A stretch of DNA of 32,000 bases from Wolbachia endosymbiont of Cimex lectularius (GTDB lineage: Bacteria > Pseudomonadota > Alphaproteobacteria > Rickettsiales > Anaplasmataceae): positions 450,001-482,000 of the forward strand of contig NZ_AP013028.1 of NCBI RefSeq assembly GCF_000829315.1, written 5' to 3'. The notes under the pieces were generated by a model. The model saw nothing but the letters and a program-made list of their open reading frames with translations. It was not told the DNA's origin and searched no databases. Positions 17,677 through 27,198 of this stretch are shown here, in pieces. Made by a program: the position numbers and the translations under genes. How positions within the stretch are numbered: the first letter of the stretch is position 1; each line of letters begins with the position of its first letter.

Positions 17677-18957
17677 TTATCCATTAAATCGTTTCATATC
17701 TTCAATTTGCAACAAGTAAGGGCTGTTTTTTGGTAAAGTTTTAACAGCTAACTCAGCATATTTCATAAATTGTTTTAAATTGCCTTCAATACAAGCCTTT
17801 TTCATTAAAGCAAAATAATGCATTGCTGTATCAGCATTACGTTTATATGCAATACTTAAGTATTTCCAAACGAAGGCATTATTTGGTTCCACACTTGCGA
17901 TCTGTTCCAGGTAAAAAATTGCTTTCTTTGCATCACCGTACAACAATAAAGTATGGGATAATGTAAGTTTCACCAAATAACTGTCTTTCTCAGATAAATA
18001 CCTAAGCGATTCTTCGTACATTTTTATTGCTTCACCTAAATTCCCCGCCTTGTACAGCATTCCTGCTCTTAATTCATATAAGTATGGGTCATTGCGTGAC
18101 TTTTGAACTAATGAATCAACTATAGCAATAGCCTCTTCCATCTTTCCTTGCCTATAATGGATTATAGCATTTACGTACTCAGAATTACCTTCATATTTAT
18201 TGGATAACACATGTATAGGAGAAAAGAAGGAATCTAGCTTTGTAACCATACGCTTAAACCTTAGTAACTTATCTGCAAGAATTGGTTTCACATTGTTTTT
18301 AACCTTATAATTTTGTACAGCAAATATGCGCTTATCACTAAGTGGATGAGTGCGGAAATACCCTTCAGTATTTTCATGTTCGATACTTTTAAAGTAGTCA
18401 AAGACCTCTTTCATACCTGAATTATCATAGCCAGATTCATCAAGGTACCTTAAAGCATAACTATCTGCTACACTTTCTTGCTCTTGAGAATAGTTAAAAA
18501 ACAGCCTTGAGCTAAGTGCTACGCCGCTTAGCAAAATTGCACTAGCGACCTGGGGATTAATAATAATAGTAGAAACCAATCCTACCACGTAACTGATCAT
18601 TGCTATTGATTGAAAATAACCCACAGCACCACTTAGCTGCAATACATGACCAGCAGATATATGAGCAATCTCATGTGCTAATATGCCAAGCAGAATGTAA
18701 GGCTCAGTTGAATGTTGCAAAAGTCCTAAGTGAATGAAAATGCTATTATTATCAATTACGAAAGCATTAATAGAATTATCATTAATTATGAAAACTTTTA
18801 TTCGATCACTATCGATGCCTGCAGCAGAAAATAAGGGTTGTGCTAGTTCTTTTACCACTGCCTCCACCTCACTATCTCTAATAACGTTAACAGAGTAAGC
18901 GCTACTGCAATATATAAAAAAGAGCAATAAGGTAAAAAACTTAGCGATTTTAAACAT
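17677..18957 (-). CDS. M48-family Zn metalloprotease with C-terminal TPR domain (BepA/YfgC-like)
   Basis: 426 aa with a signal peptide and the HEIAHISAGH motif. The C-terminal half is built of TPR-like repeats. Confidence 0.8.
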   Translation of the reverse strand: MFKIAKFFTLLLFFIYCSSAYSVNVIRDSEVEAVVKELAQPLFSAAGIDSDRIKVFIINDNSINAFVIDNNSIFIHLGLLQHSTEPYILLGILAHEIAHISAGHVLQLSGAVGYFQSIAMISYVVGLVSTIIINPQVASAILLSGVALSSRLFFNYSQEQESVADSYALRYLDESGYDNSGMKEVFDYFKSIEHENTEGYFRTHPLSDKRIFAVQNYKVKNNVKPILADKLLRFKRMVTKLDSFFSPIHVLSNKYEGNSEYVNAIIHYRQGKMEEAIAIVDSLVQKSRNDPYLYELRAGMLYKAGNLGEAIKMYEESLRYLSEKDSYLVKLTLSHTLLLYGDAKKAIFYLEQIASVEPNNAFVWKYLSIAYKRNADTAMHYFALMKKACIEGNLKQFMKYAELAVKTLPKNSPYLLQIEDMKRFNG

Positions 18958-19028
18958 GAAAATTCCGTATTTGTATAATTTTTAGGAATTTTACATTTTA
19001 ACACTTAAATTATACAAATTTATAAACG

Positions 19029-19682
19029 TTAGCTTAACTTTTTAACGTAGCTAACAAGTTTATCGATGGTAGTTAACTTAATCTTATGTTGTTCAGCAAA
19101 TTTAAGCAACTGAGGTAAGCGCATCATAGAGCCATCATCGTTCACTAATTCACACCCTACAGCCGCGTGATTAAGGCCAACTAACTTTGCTATTTCAACA
19201 CTTGCTTCAGTATGACCATTGCGTACCAAGACCCCACCATCGTTTGCAATAATGGGAAAAACATGACCGGGAGTGATAATATCATCTTTAGTGCTCTTTT
19301 CATCAACAGCGGTAAGTATTGTGTGCGTTCTATCATGAGCAGAAACACCTGTTGTAATACCATAACGTGCATCAATTGATGTAGTAAATGCAGTGTGAGG
19401 AATAAGCTTTTCATCTACATTACTTTTCCTCATAAACTCAAGGCCTAGCCTACTCATATGAGGTCTTGTCATAGCTAAAAATACAATGCCAGTGCCATAT
19501 CTAACCATAAAAGCTACATGTTTTGGCTCTAGTTTTTCAGCTAAGACAATCAGATCACCTTCATTTTCTCTATCCTCATCATCAACTAAAATAAATAACT
19601 TACCAGAACGGGCATCCTCTAACACATCTTCCACAGGAGAAATGTTAGATAGACTCATTGATGCATAAGTGGCCTGTACCAT
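19029..19682 (-). CDS. ribB: 3,4-dihydroxy-2-butanone-4-phosphate synthase (monofunctional)
   Basis: 217 aa with DDEDRENEGDLI...TAFTTSIDA...GHVFPI...VRNGHTEASV. Confidence 0.9.
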   Translation of the reverse strand: MVQATYASMSLSNISPVEDVLEDARSGKLFILVDDEDRENEGDLIVLAEKLEPKHVAFMVRYGTGIVFLAMTRPHMSRLGLEFMRKSNVDEKLIPHTAFTTSIDARYGITTGVSAHDRTHTILTAVDEKSTKDDIITPGHVFPIIANDGGVLVRNGHTEASVEIAKLVGLNHAAVGCELVNDDGSMMRLPQLLKFAEQHKIKLTTIDKLVSYVKKLS

Positions 19683-19685
19683 AAT

Positions 19686-20189
19686 TTATTTAAATTCAAT
19701 CTTAACTACTTTATATAACTTCTCTCCGCTTGGCACTACCACTTCCACGTATTCGCCAACTTTTTTGCCAATTAAAGCACTACCTAAAGGTGAACTAGTA
19801 GATATCAACTGTTTTGAAACATCAGCTTCATACTCACCTACAATTTTATAAATATATTCTGCTTCACTACCATCATCACTGAGCATGCTTAATGTCACGG
19901 TTGCACCAAACATTACTGAATCGCCAGACAAGCTTTTCACTTCTATTACTTCTGCATGTGAAATCTTGTTTTCTAACTCCATTATACGTTCTTCGATAAA
20001 ACCTAATCTTTCTCGTGCAGCATGATACTCCGCGTTTTCGGATAAATCACCTTGATCACGTGCATCAGAAATAGCTTGTATAATGGAAGGCTTTTCTTCC
20101 TTTAATTTCTCAAGCTCGGCTTGCATATGTTCAAAACCTTCCCTTGTCATAGGAAACTTATTAACAATTGATGAAGCCATAACCACCAC
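19686..20189 (-). CDS. greA: Transcription elongation factor GreA
   Basis: 167 aa with an N-terminal coiled coil containing DLSENAEYHAARE and a C-terminal FKBP-like domain. Confidence 0.9.
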   Translation of the reverse strand: MVVMASSIVNKFPMTREGFEHMQAELEKLKEEKPSIIQAISDARDQGDLSENAEYHAARERLGFIEERIMELENKISHAEVIEVKSLSGDSVMFGATVTLSMLSDDGSEAEYIYKIVGEYEADVSKQLISTSSPLGSALIGKKVGEYVEVVVPSGEKLYKVVKIEFK

Positions 20190-21737
20190 CTAAACGTAAT
20201 TAAATTGAGTAATAAAATTACTCACAATATTGAAAATATCGTCTTTTATAACATCATTCATGCTGTTTGACAACTTTTTTAAAACTCCGGGGTGCACAGC
20301 ATGAAAATAATTGATAAGATCATATTCAAATTTATTGACATCGCTTATTTGTACCTTGCTTAACTGATCATACAGATTAGAAAAGACGTACATCAACGCC
20401 ACTTGCTCTTCTATTGGCATAGGTGAATGCTGCCTTTGCTTTAATAACTCAACAAGATATTTACCCTTGTTTAAGGACAGTTGAACACTAGCATCGAGAT
20501 CAGAACCAAATTTTGCGAAATCTTCTAACTCTCTATATTGAGCCAAACTTAGCTTTATAGAACCAGCAACTTTTTTCACGGATTTCAATTGCGCGGCAGA
20601 GCCAACCCGAGAAACTGATAAACCTATATTTACCGCAGGACGAAATCCTTTATGAAATAATTCAGACTCGAGGAAGATTTGTCCATCGGTAATCGAAATT
20701 ACGTTAGTTGGAACATATGCAGATACATCACCAGCTTGAGTTTCGATAATTGGCAAAGCAGTTAGAGACCCCTGCCCTTTTTCATCAGACATTTTAGCAG
20801 CTCTTTCAAGTAAACGGGAATGTACATAGAATATATCTCCAGGATAAGCTTCACGGCCAGGAGGACGCCTCAATAATAAGGACATCTGCCTATATGCCAC
20901 GGCGTGCTTAGATAAATCATCATACACCACCAAGCAATGCATTCCATTATCACGGAAAAATTCTCCAATAGTGCAACCAGCGTAAGGTGCTAAAAATTGC
21001 ATAGGCGCGCAGTCAGATGCACTAGCCACAACTACAGTTGTATACTCCAGTGCCCCACTTTCTTTCAGCTTATTTACCACTTTTGCCACTGTTGAAATCT
21101 TTTGTCCAATAGCAACATAAACACAGTAAACTTTTTGGTTTTCGTCCACTTCATCATTAATTTTCTTCTGATTAATGATGGTATCAAGTGCAATAGTAGT
21201 TTTACCGATTTGTCTATCGCCAATAATTAATTCACGCTGTCCCCTGCCTATTGGAATTAGTAAGTCTACAATCTTAATTCCGGTCTGCAGAGGCTCATGC
21301 ACAGATTTACGATCAATAATGCCTGGCGCCTTAGATTCCATGTCCATTTTGTTTTTGGTTCTAATTTCCCCGCCGTTGTCTATAGGGTAGCCTAATGCGT
21401 TTACGACTCTTCCCAATAATTCATGCCCTACAGGAACCTGCACAACATCACCACTGCATTTTACAATATCCCCTTCTTTGACATCACGATCATTACCAAG
21501 TACCACTATCCCAGCTAAATCATGATCTAAATCAAAAACTATTCCTTCTATACCACTTGCAAAGAATACCTTTTCACCAAATTTTGCTTTTTTGAGTCCG
21601 TAAACCAATGCAATACCATCAGTTACTGAAATCACTTCACCTATATTTTCTCGCTTTACAGGATTATCAAACACCTCAACTTTTTCTTTTATTATGTTTA
21701 CTACCTCAGAAGCATTTATACCATTTTTCATACACAA
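20190..21737 (-). CDS. atpA: F1 ATP synthase alpha subunit
   Basis: 515 aa with Walker A GDRQIGKT plus [14 protein letters not shown] and [10 protein letters not shown]. Confidence 0.95.
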   Translation of the reverse strand: MCMKNGINASEVVNIIKEKVEVFDNPVKRENIGEVISVTDGIALVYGLKKAKFGEKVFFASGIEGIVFDLDHDLAGIVVLGNDRDVKEGDIVKCSGDVVQVPVGHELLGRVVNALGYPIDNGGEIRTKNKMDMESKAPGIIDRKSVHEPLQTGIKIVDLLIPIGRGQRELIIGDRQIGKTTIALDTIINQKKINDEVDENQKVYCVYVAIGQKISTVAKVVNKLKESGALEYTTVVVASASDCAPMQFLAPYAGCTIGEFFRDNGMHCLVVYDDLSKHAVAYRQMSLLLRRPPGREAYPGDIFYVHSRLLERAAKMSDEKGQGSLTALPIIETQAGDVSAYVPTNVISITDGQIFLESELFHKGFRPAVNIGLSVSRVGSAAQLKSVKKVAGSIKLSLAQYRELEDFAKFGSDLDASVQLSLNKGKYLVELLKQRQHSPMPIEEQVALMYVFSNLYDQLSKVQISDVNKFEYDLINYFHAVHPGVLKKLSNSMNDVIKDDIFNIVSNFITQFNYV

Positions 21738-22288
21738 TTCCTTATTTTCAATATTTCCATTTTACTCAAATCAACCAATCTATCTAAGTAACTTTTCAGC
21801 GAAGCATCAATCAAATTAAAACCATACTTCACCACAAAACCGCCCAGTATAGAAGGGTCAACCACGTTACTTACCTTTATTATTTTACCAAGAAAGTTCA
21901 GAGATTCAGTAATTATTTTTATATCTGGTTCCTTCAAAGCCTCTGCTGACTTTATAATAATCTCCAATTCGTTTTCATTTTCTCTCACAAAATTTAAGAA
22001 TTTTTCTAATATCAGGATTAACAAATTAGAACGCCTGTTTGCAGATACAACCATAATAAATTTTACTAAGCTCTCACTTAAGTTTTCATTTATAGAGAGT
22101 ATCACTTCTTTTTTGCGTGCAAGGGAAATCATAGGATGAGATAGGTATATAAAAATATCACGTTGATTTTTAAAAAAATCCAACAAAAATTCTACTTCTT
22201 TTCTTATAGTACCTAGTTTATCTTCTGAGATATAAAACAGCGCTCTAGCATAAGATGAAACTAAATTATTGTATTGGGTCCTTTTCAT
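21728..22288 (-). CDS. atpH: F1 ATP synthase delta (OSCP) subunit
   Basis: 186 aa, directly upstream of and overlapping atpA. The helical OSCP-like sequence ends in [20 protein letters not shown]. Confidence 0.8.
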   Translation of the reverse strand: MKRTQYNNLVSSYARALFYISEDKLGTIRKEVEFLLDFFKNQRDIFIYLSHPMISLARKKEVILSINENLSESLVKFIMVVSANRRSNLLILILEKFLNFVRENENELEIIIKSAEALKEPDIKIITESLNFLGKIIKVSNVVDPSILGGFVVKYGFNLIDASLKSYLDRLVDLSKMEILKIRNCV

Positions 22289-22580
22289 ATTAAATTACTT
22301 ATATATAGCCGTGGCTTGACCACAAAATCCAGCCTAAAAAATTTAGATTCCAGCGGGCTTTGTTGCGTAAAAAAACTACTGACAAATTCATTATAAAATA
22401 ACTATCAAGGGAAAAATATTCTAGAAACAATAAAAATCAGTAATTAAACTGAATATAACAGATTTCTCAGAGAAAGGGAAGTATTTTTTTATTATCAATG
22501 AAGCAATTTGGATCAGAAGTGCAAAGCAGCAACTATCAGTTGCAGAGTGTATAACGAAAGCAATTTATTGGCAAAAAGAT

Positions 22581-22931
22581 TTATTTCTTTTCTTCCGCTC
22601 CACACTTGTCCATAATGGAAGTATTTCCAGTACCACCTACACCACCGATTACTTTTGTCACAATAGCTTTTGCACCAAAAAACACAACGCAAAATACACC
22701 GAGTGCAAAAAGTGCCGGCCAGGGCATTTTACCGAATATTGCAAGCAAAGCCGCACCTATTATTACTATAGTCATAAGAGGTCCACCTATTCCCCAAACG
22801 TATTTAATAATATTGCATATTACTTTGGTAGTTGCATCAAGATCACTATCAGCAGCACTGCTCATATGAGAAAAGGAAATAAATAATATTATAAGAAAAA
22901 CACTAAAAACTTTCCTAATTGTAGGGTTCAT
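22581..22931 (-). CDS. virB2: TrbC/VirB2-family T4SS pilin paralog 2
   Basis: 116 aa with core IGGPLMTIVIIGAALLAIFGKMPWPALFALGVFCVVFFGAKAI, nearly identical to paralog 1. Confidence 0.75.
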   Translation of the reverse strand: MNPTIRKVFSVFLIILFISFSHMSSAADSDLDATTKVICNIIKYVWGIGGPLMTIVIIGAALLAIFGKMPWPALFALGVFCVVFFGAKAIVTKVIGGVGGTGNTSIMDKCGAEEKK

Positions 22932-23084
22932 CCCTATACCTTAAATTTAGACATTGTAATTATATCTAAAATAGTATAATTTTTGGTAAAGCTAGCATAA
23001 AGATTAAAAAGGTTCAAGCATCAGGAGACAATGGAGGACGGCTAGAGAATAATTAACTGCCTTTGATATCACTGAGCAAACTTC

Positions 23085-24203
23085 CTATTTTTTTTTTACT
23101 TTACTAAAAAACCCTTCAGATTGCCGTTGCATGTTTGCACTTTCTTCTGCTTCAAATGTTTTCAACAGCTCAATTTGTTTTTCAGTTAAGTTTTTTGGAT
23201 TTAAAGTCTCAACTATTACCTGCACATACAAATCACCACGTACATTTGAGTTCATATATGGCATACCCTTTTCTCTACAGCGTAGTTTGGTACCAGTTTG
23301 AGTGCCTTCAGGAACCTTTAATTTTATTTTAGCCCCATCAATTGACTGGACATCGATTTCACCACCAAGCACTGCTAATGTCATTCTTATGGGCACCTTG
23401 CAATGTAAATCTGCTTTATCTCGAGTAAAGATCTTGTGTGGAGCGATTTTAACATATACATATAAATCTCCGCTTTTTCCACCTCTTACTCCAGCTTCCC
23501 CTTTACCGCTTACCCTTACCTTAGCGCCTTTCTCTATACCTTTTGGAATTGAAACTGATATATTTACTTCATCTCTTCTGCGTCCATTTCCACCACATTT
23601 TTTGCATTTATTCTGTATTATTTCTCCTTCCCCATAACATGTGGTACATGTTCTCTCGATTGTAAAAAAGCCCTGCTGGGTCCTGATCCTACCGCTTCCT
23701 TGACACATGTGACACTGAACTGGTTTGATCGTTCCTTCGCTACCTGTACCTTGACACGTGTCACATTTTACATTTGTAACGTAATGTATAGGCACTTGTA
23801 TTCCTTTAAATGCGTCTTCTAAGGTAATTTCAAGATCATAACGCAAGTCCGACCCAGGAACTCTCGTTGTGCTTCTCTTTGCCCTACTTGACCCTCCAAA
23901 TCCTCCGCCAAAAAAGTCGTTGAATATGTCACTAAAATCTCCCGCAGCCTGGCCAAAATCAAATCCACCAAAACCACCATCTTCATGTCCGTAACGATCA
24001 TAGCCTGCCTTTTTTTCAGGGTCAGACAGAACTTCATACGCAGCCGTTATTTCTTTAAATTTTTCCTCTGCTTCTTTATTACCAGGATTTCTATCTGGAT
24101 GATACTTTAACGCTAATTTCTTATATGCTTTTTTTATCTCATCAACACTGGCATTTCTGTCTACTTCCAGCAGTTCATAATAGTCTTTTGTGCTCATATA
24201 CAA
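23085..24203 (-). CDS. dnaJ: Chaperone DnaJ
   Basis: 372 aa with a J domain (KYHPDRN), a G/F region, and four CxxCxGxG zinc-finger repeats. Confidence 0.95.
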   Translation of the reverse strand: MYMSTKDYYELLEVDRNASVDEIKKAYKKLALKYHPDRNPGNKEAEEKFKEITAAYEVLSDPEKKAGYDRYGHEDGGFGGFDFGQAAGDFSDIFNDFFGGGFGGSSRAKRSTTRVPGSDLRYDLEITLEDAFKGIQVPIHYVTNVKCDTCQGTGSEGTIKPVQCHMCQGSGRIRTQQGFFTIERTCTTCYGEGEIIQNKCKKCGGNGRRRDEVNISVSIPKGIEKGAKVRVSGKGEAGVRGGKSGDLYVYVKIAPHKIFTRDKADLHCKVPIRMTLAVLGGEIDVQSIDGAKIKLKVPEGTQTGTKLRCREKGMPYMNSNVRGDLYVQVIVETLNPKNLTEKQIELLKTFEAEESANMQRQSEGFFSKVKKK

Positions 24204-24290
24204 TAGTTCAGTATTTAACCTTTAAAGATAGGTACTTCATATATCGATTTCAAGTGAGGCCTCTGTTTTCTTCGTAGACTAAAAACATTG

Positions 24291-24365
24291 TGCACCCTGA
24301 GCGACTCGAACGCCCGACCTTTTGATCCGTAGTCAAATGCTCTAATCCAACTGAGCTAAGGGTGC
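24291..24365 (-). tRNA. tRNA-Arg (anticodon ACG)
   Basis: The minus strand reads GCACCCTTAGCTCAGTTGGATTAGAGCATTTGACTACGGATCAAAAGGTCGGGCGTTCGAGTCGCTCAGGGTGCA. It folds by hand into a cloverleaf with a 7-bp acceptor stem, D arm GCTC/GAGC, anticodon stem TTTGA/TCAAA with loop CTACGGA, and T arm GGGCG/CGCTC with TTCGAGT. CCA is not encoded. Confidence 0.9.
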
Positions 24366-24531
24366 CTTTGATAAAATCAACTTTAACAGATTTTACAGCT
24401 TGATTCAATTGGTTTGGCTAAAAATAAAATAGCACCAAAGTTAAATTGATAGTATGATAAATTTACTAATACTCTTAACTTAAATTTAATAAATGCAAAG
24501 GAAAATCTAGCATAAAATTATTGGAGACATA

Positions 24532-24861
24532 ATGAAAAATTTTCTTCTACTTATAGCTTTAATCCTCTCTTTTGCATTTGATGCAAATGCTGCTAAGCAG
24601 AGTAAAACTCAAGGTGATGAAACATCAGAAGTGATATGCAGCATAGTAAAATATACCCAAAGCATAGGTGGGCCGATGATCACAGTAGTAATAATAGGTG
24701 CAGCTCTGCTTGCAATATTCGGAAGAATGCCTTGGCCTGCTCTTTTTGCACTCGGAGCATTTACTGCTGTGTTTTTTGGTGCTCCTATAGTTGTTTCAAA
24801 AATAATGCCAAACGCTGGTGTGGCTTGTAAAGATGGTACAGTACAGAAAGTGACTCCGTAA
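24532..24861 (+). CDS. virB2: TrbC/VirB2-family T4SS pilin paralog 3
   Basis: 109 aa with a signal peptide and core IGGPMITVVIIGAALLAIFGRMPWPALFALGAFTAVFFGAPIV. Confidence 0.75.
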   Translation: MKNFLLLIALILSFAFDANAAKQSKTQGDETSEVICSIVKYTQSIGGPMITVVIIGAALLAIFGRMPWPALFALGAFTAVFFGAPIVVSKIMPNAGVACKDGTVQKVTP

Positions 24862-24974
24862 AATAGAAATAATTGGAAGCATTGTGATTTGTAAAAATGG
24901 TAAGGTTGAATTGCTCTGCTAGTTAAACATGGCAAGGCGGAAGATGCCTCTTTCAATGGGTGCCACAATTTCGG

Positions 24975-25018
24975 AAAAACACCAAGTAATGGTGCTTCTT
25001 AAAAAAGCACCATTACTT
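24975..25018 (-). terminator. Strong hairpin, intrinsic-terminator-like on the minus strand
   Basis: A perfect 14-bp stem, AAGTAATGGTGCTT (24984-24997) pairing with AAGCACCATTACTT (25005-25018), has a 7-nt loop. On the minus strand it is followed by GGTGTTTTT. No T-run follows it on the plus strand. Confidence 0.5.
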
Positions 25019-25146
25019 CACAACTATTGTGAGCAATCTCTGCCAAGAGAGTGTTACCCTAGTAACCCATTTCTTGTCATCCCAGCGCGCGACGCTGGGA
25101 TCTCATTTCACCTTATGACGGTGCCATAAAAGTAGCCCCCTTCCTG

Positions 25147-25781
25147 GTCGAGTAGGCCGGTGGAACTTCCCCACCAGCCCCTCACAGAACTGTGCATGAA
25201 CCTCTCGATTCACACAGCTCTTGTCATTTTTAGCCTTTACATCAAAGACCTACCTTAATTATTTGCTCCTCCCATTTCGGTTGACAAATAACTAAAACCC
25301 AAATGACTTAGTCCCTTCGCTCCATCTCCATTACAGAGACTTCTTCACTACTACGAACTAATCCGCCCCTGTTTTCCGCATCGATACTCTCATCCTCGAA
25401 GTTTAGCTTCTTGGATTTCTCCCTTATTATCGAAACGACAGGTTCCCGCAGTTCTACACAATAGCCCAAAATAGATTCGCGCCACCTCTATGCCGGACGC
25501 CACTACCCAATAAACAAGTTTCCGGTAGATTTATCCCAGGTTAGGATGAAACCCCTGGTTTTGACGTCATCTAAGGCCTTTCGACACTTCTTCAGTGGTT
25601 CATTTTCATTCCCCTCTCTATTTCACACATGACGCATAATTGCGCCTTTTCCATAACGCTCACTACCTTGGCTCTTTACCAAAGCAGCTTATGGTTGTTT
25701 GAAGCCTGCTCTTGTAAACCGGCTCCGAGGGGCCCACCCTCATCTATTGTGCAGCTTCAGCTTACCGCTTCTACGGCACAC
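25147..25781 (-). mobile_element. ORF-less group II intron (ribozyme only, ~635 nt)
   Basis: The minus strand starts with GTGTG (25781..25777). Domain V at 25220..25187, GAGCUGUGUGAAUCGAGAGGUUCAUGCACAGUUC, folds as a 9-bp stem with the AGC triad, a 5-bp stem, a GAGA tetraloop and a 2-nt AU bulge. Domain VI is a hairpin with a bulged A (25153) 7 nt from a ...CGAC 3' end. No coherent ORF is present and the segment is visibly more GC-rich than its flanks. The boundaries match the intron-less paralogous site at 6002/6003. Confidence 0.8.
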
Positions 25782-26267
25782 TCATTCCAGTGCCTCCTCT
25801 TTTGTCATTCCAGTGCTCGACACTAGAATCCAGGAAAGTTTGCTTGTTCACAAGCAAACTGATTCGGTGATCATGGAAAGTAGCTAATCTTGTGCTAAAA
25901 ACGTTCTTGGTGAGGTTGCATGGGAAGCTGGATTCCAGCGTCACGCGCTGGAATGACACCACTTGCTGTAAAAATAAATGTTCGTTCATGAATTGCTTTA
26001 ATATTTAAGAAATTTACTAAATAGAGAAAAAGGCAAAGAAATCCCGAGTGGCGAGTTTTGACTCTATAATACTTTAAATTGGCGCTATAATAATTTGCTG
26101 ACGCTTAGTTCAAGCGCGATTTGGCTGAATGTAGAAAAAATGAAAAAGACATGCAGCCGCTATAATTTGATACAATCCGCCAAAAAATACCCTGAGTTTT
26201 TTACTGAATTTTGTCATTGAGCCTGCAGATCAAAAACAAGTTTTGATTTAGAAACACCCTTGCTGTT

Positions 26268-26296
26268 ATGGTAACGGGTTTGGCGAAAGTTGTCAA
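26268..26296 (-). promoter_or_regulatory. Degenerate copy of the repeat-borne promoter (copy C)
   Basis: The minus strand reads TTGACA (26296..26291), 17 nt, then TACCAT (26273..26268). It is in the same orientation as the intron. Confidence 0.35.
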
Positions 26297-26407
26297 GTAG
26301 TTTTTTCGCATATACCAAAAGCTGTTTTTTATGCGAGAAGTCCACTTTCAGAAATTTGTTTATTTAGATAATATTTAGTCTATACTTTATTTTGACCAAA
26401 AAAACCT

Positions 26408-27151
26408 ATGTATAAAACTTTAATCACGTGTTTTGTTCTTCTGATTTGCTCTTTTGCGCAATCTTATGCGAATGATGATGTTCATCTTGAAAAAAGTGAA
26501 ACTGAGCTATATGAGGAGGTAGTTAAGCTTTTTGACCAGAAAAAATATAAACAAGCCATCAGAGCATTTCAAAAAATTGAAGATTTGTACCCCTTCTCTT
26601 ATTGGGCGATGAAAGCAAAATTATTATCTGGTATTTCTCACTACAATATGGGCAACTACAGCAGTGCTGCAAGTGATATGGACGATTACACACAGATTTA
26701 TTCAAATGGTGAAGACTTACCGTATGTGTACTACCTAAGGGTATTATCTCATTATATGCAAATCAATAAAGTACAACTCGGGCAACAAACGGCATATAAA
26801 GCTTTAGAGCTAGCTGCTGAGTACATCAATCTCTTCCCAGGCAGTGAACATACAGAAGAGATAAAGGAAAAAGTAAAGCTAGTTACTGAACATATATTAG
26901 CGAAAGAATATTCTATCGGTAGGTTCTACATAAGGCGTGGTGAATATCTAGCAGCAATTAAGCGTTTTCAAAATGTAATAAGCAGCAAGGATTCTAGCTA
27001 CTTTCCTAGATCTGTTAACTATCTAATAGCAGCTCATTCAGCCCTTGGCCTTGATCTGGAAGCTCAGCAGTATGAAAGTATGCTAGCAGGAACCCTCAAA
27101 AGGAAAGACGAAGTTCCATGTGAGAACAGCAAACTTGAAAATTCGCTTTAG
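26408..27151 (+). CDS. bamD: Outer membrane protein assembly factor BamD (YfiO/ComL-like TPR lipoprotein)
   Basis: 247 aa with a signal peptide and a BamD-like TPR pattern (YEEVVKLFDQKKYKQAIRAFQKIEDLYPFSYWAMKAKL...IGRFYIRRGEYLAAIKRFQNV). Confidence 0.8.
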   Translation: MYKTLITCFVLLICSFAQSYANDDVHLEKSETELYEEVVKLFDQKKYKQAIRAFQKIEDLYPFSYWAMKAKLLSGISHYNMGNYSSAASDMDDYTQIYSNGEDLPYVYYLRVLSHYMQINKVQLGQQTAYKALELAAEYINLFPGSEHTEEIKEKVKLVTEHILAKEYSIGRFYIRRGEYLAAIKRFQNVISSKDSSYFPRSVNYLIAAHSALGLDLEAQQYESMLAGTLKRKDEVPCENSKLENSL

Positions 27152-27198
27152 TTTTCTCTATGCTTTGATATATAATTTAAGTTTGTAACTATTTGAAT

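Larger units (their letters stand above)
24960..26300 (-). repeat. Composite intergenic repeat, copy C (carries the group II intron)
   Basis: Contains a degenerate promoter block, one sub-repeat (from 26007), palindromic hairpins (25932-25954, 25807-25829, 25079-25101), the target site interrupted by the intron, and a far-end block with a terminator hairpin. Confidence 0.75.

Noticed and set aside
22300-22370. Fragments resembling the GGATTCCAGCG hairpin repeat upstream of atpH
   Set aside because: Only short, imperfect half-sites are present (CCGTGGCTTGACCACAAAATCCAGC, GATTCCAGCGGGC). They are too degenerate to call a repeat copy or assign a function.
24609-24968. 119-aa minus-strand ORF overlapping virB2 paralog 3, with similar antisense ORFs opposite the other pilin genes (22606-22869)
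   Set aside because: These are mirror ORFs of the hydrophobic pilin genes. The pilin frames have signal peptides, a conserved core and good family resemblance; the antisense frames have none.
25629-25989. Three overlapping 62-72 aa ORFs (25629-25826, 25699-25887, 25771-25989)
   Set aside because: They lie in the 5' part of the group II intron and the palindromic hairpins. They occupy mixed frames and strands and have no start context. Their peptides (for example VSFQRVTLES) are simply translations of the hairpin repeat.
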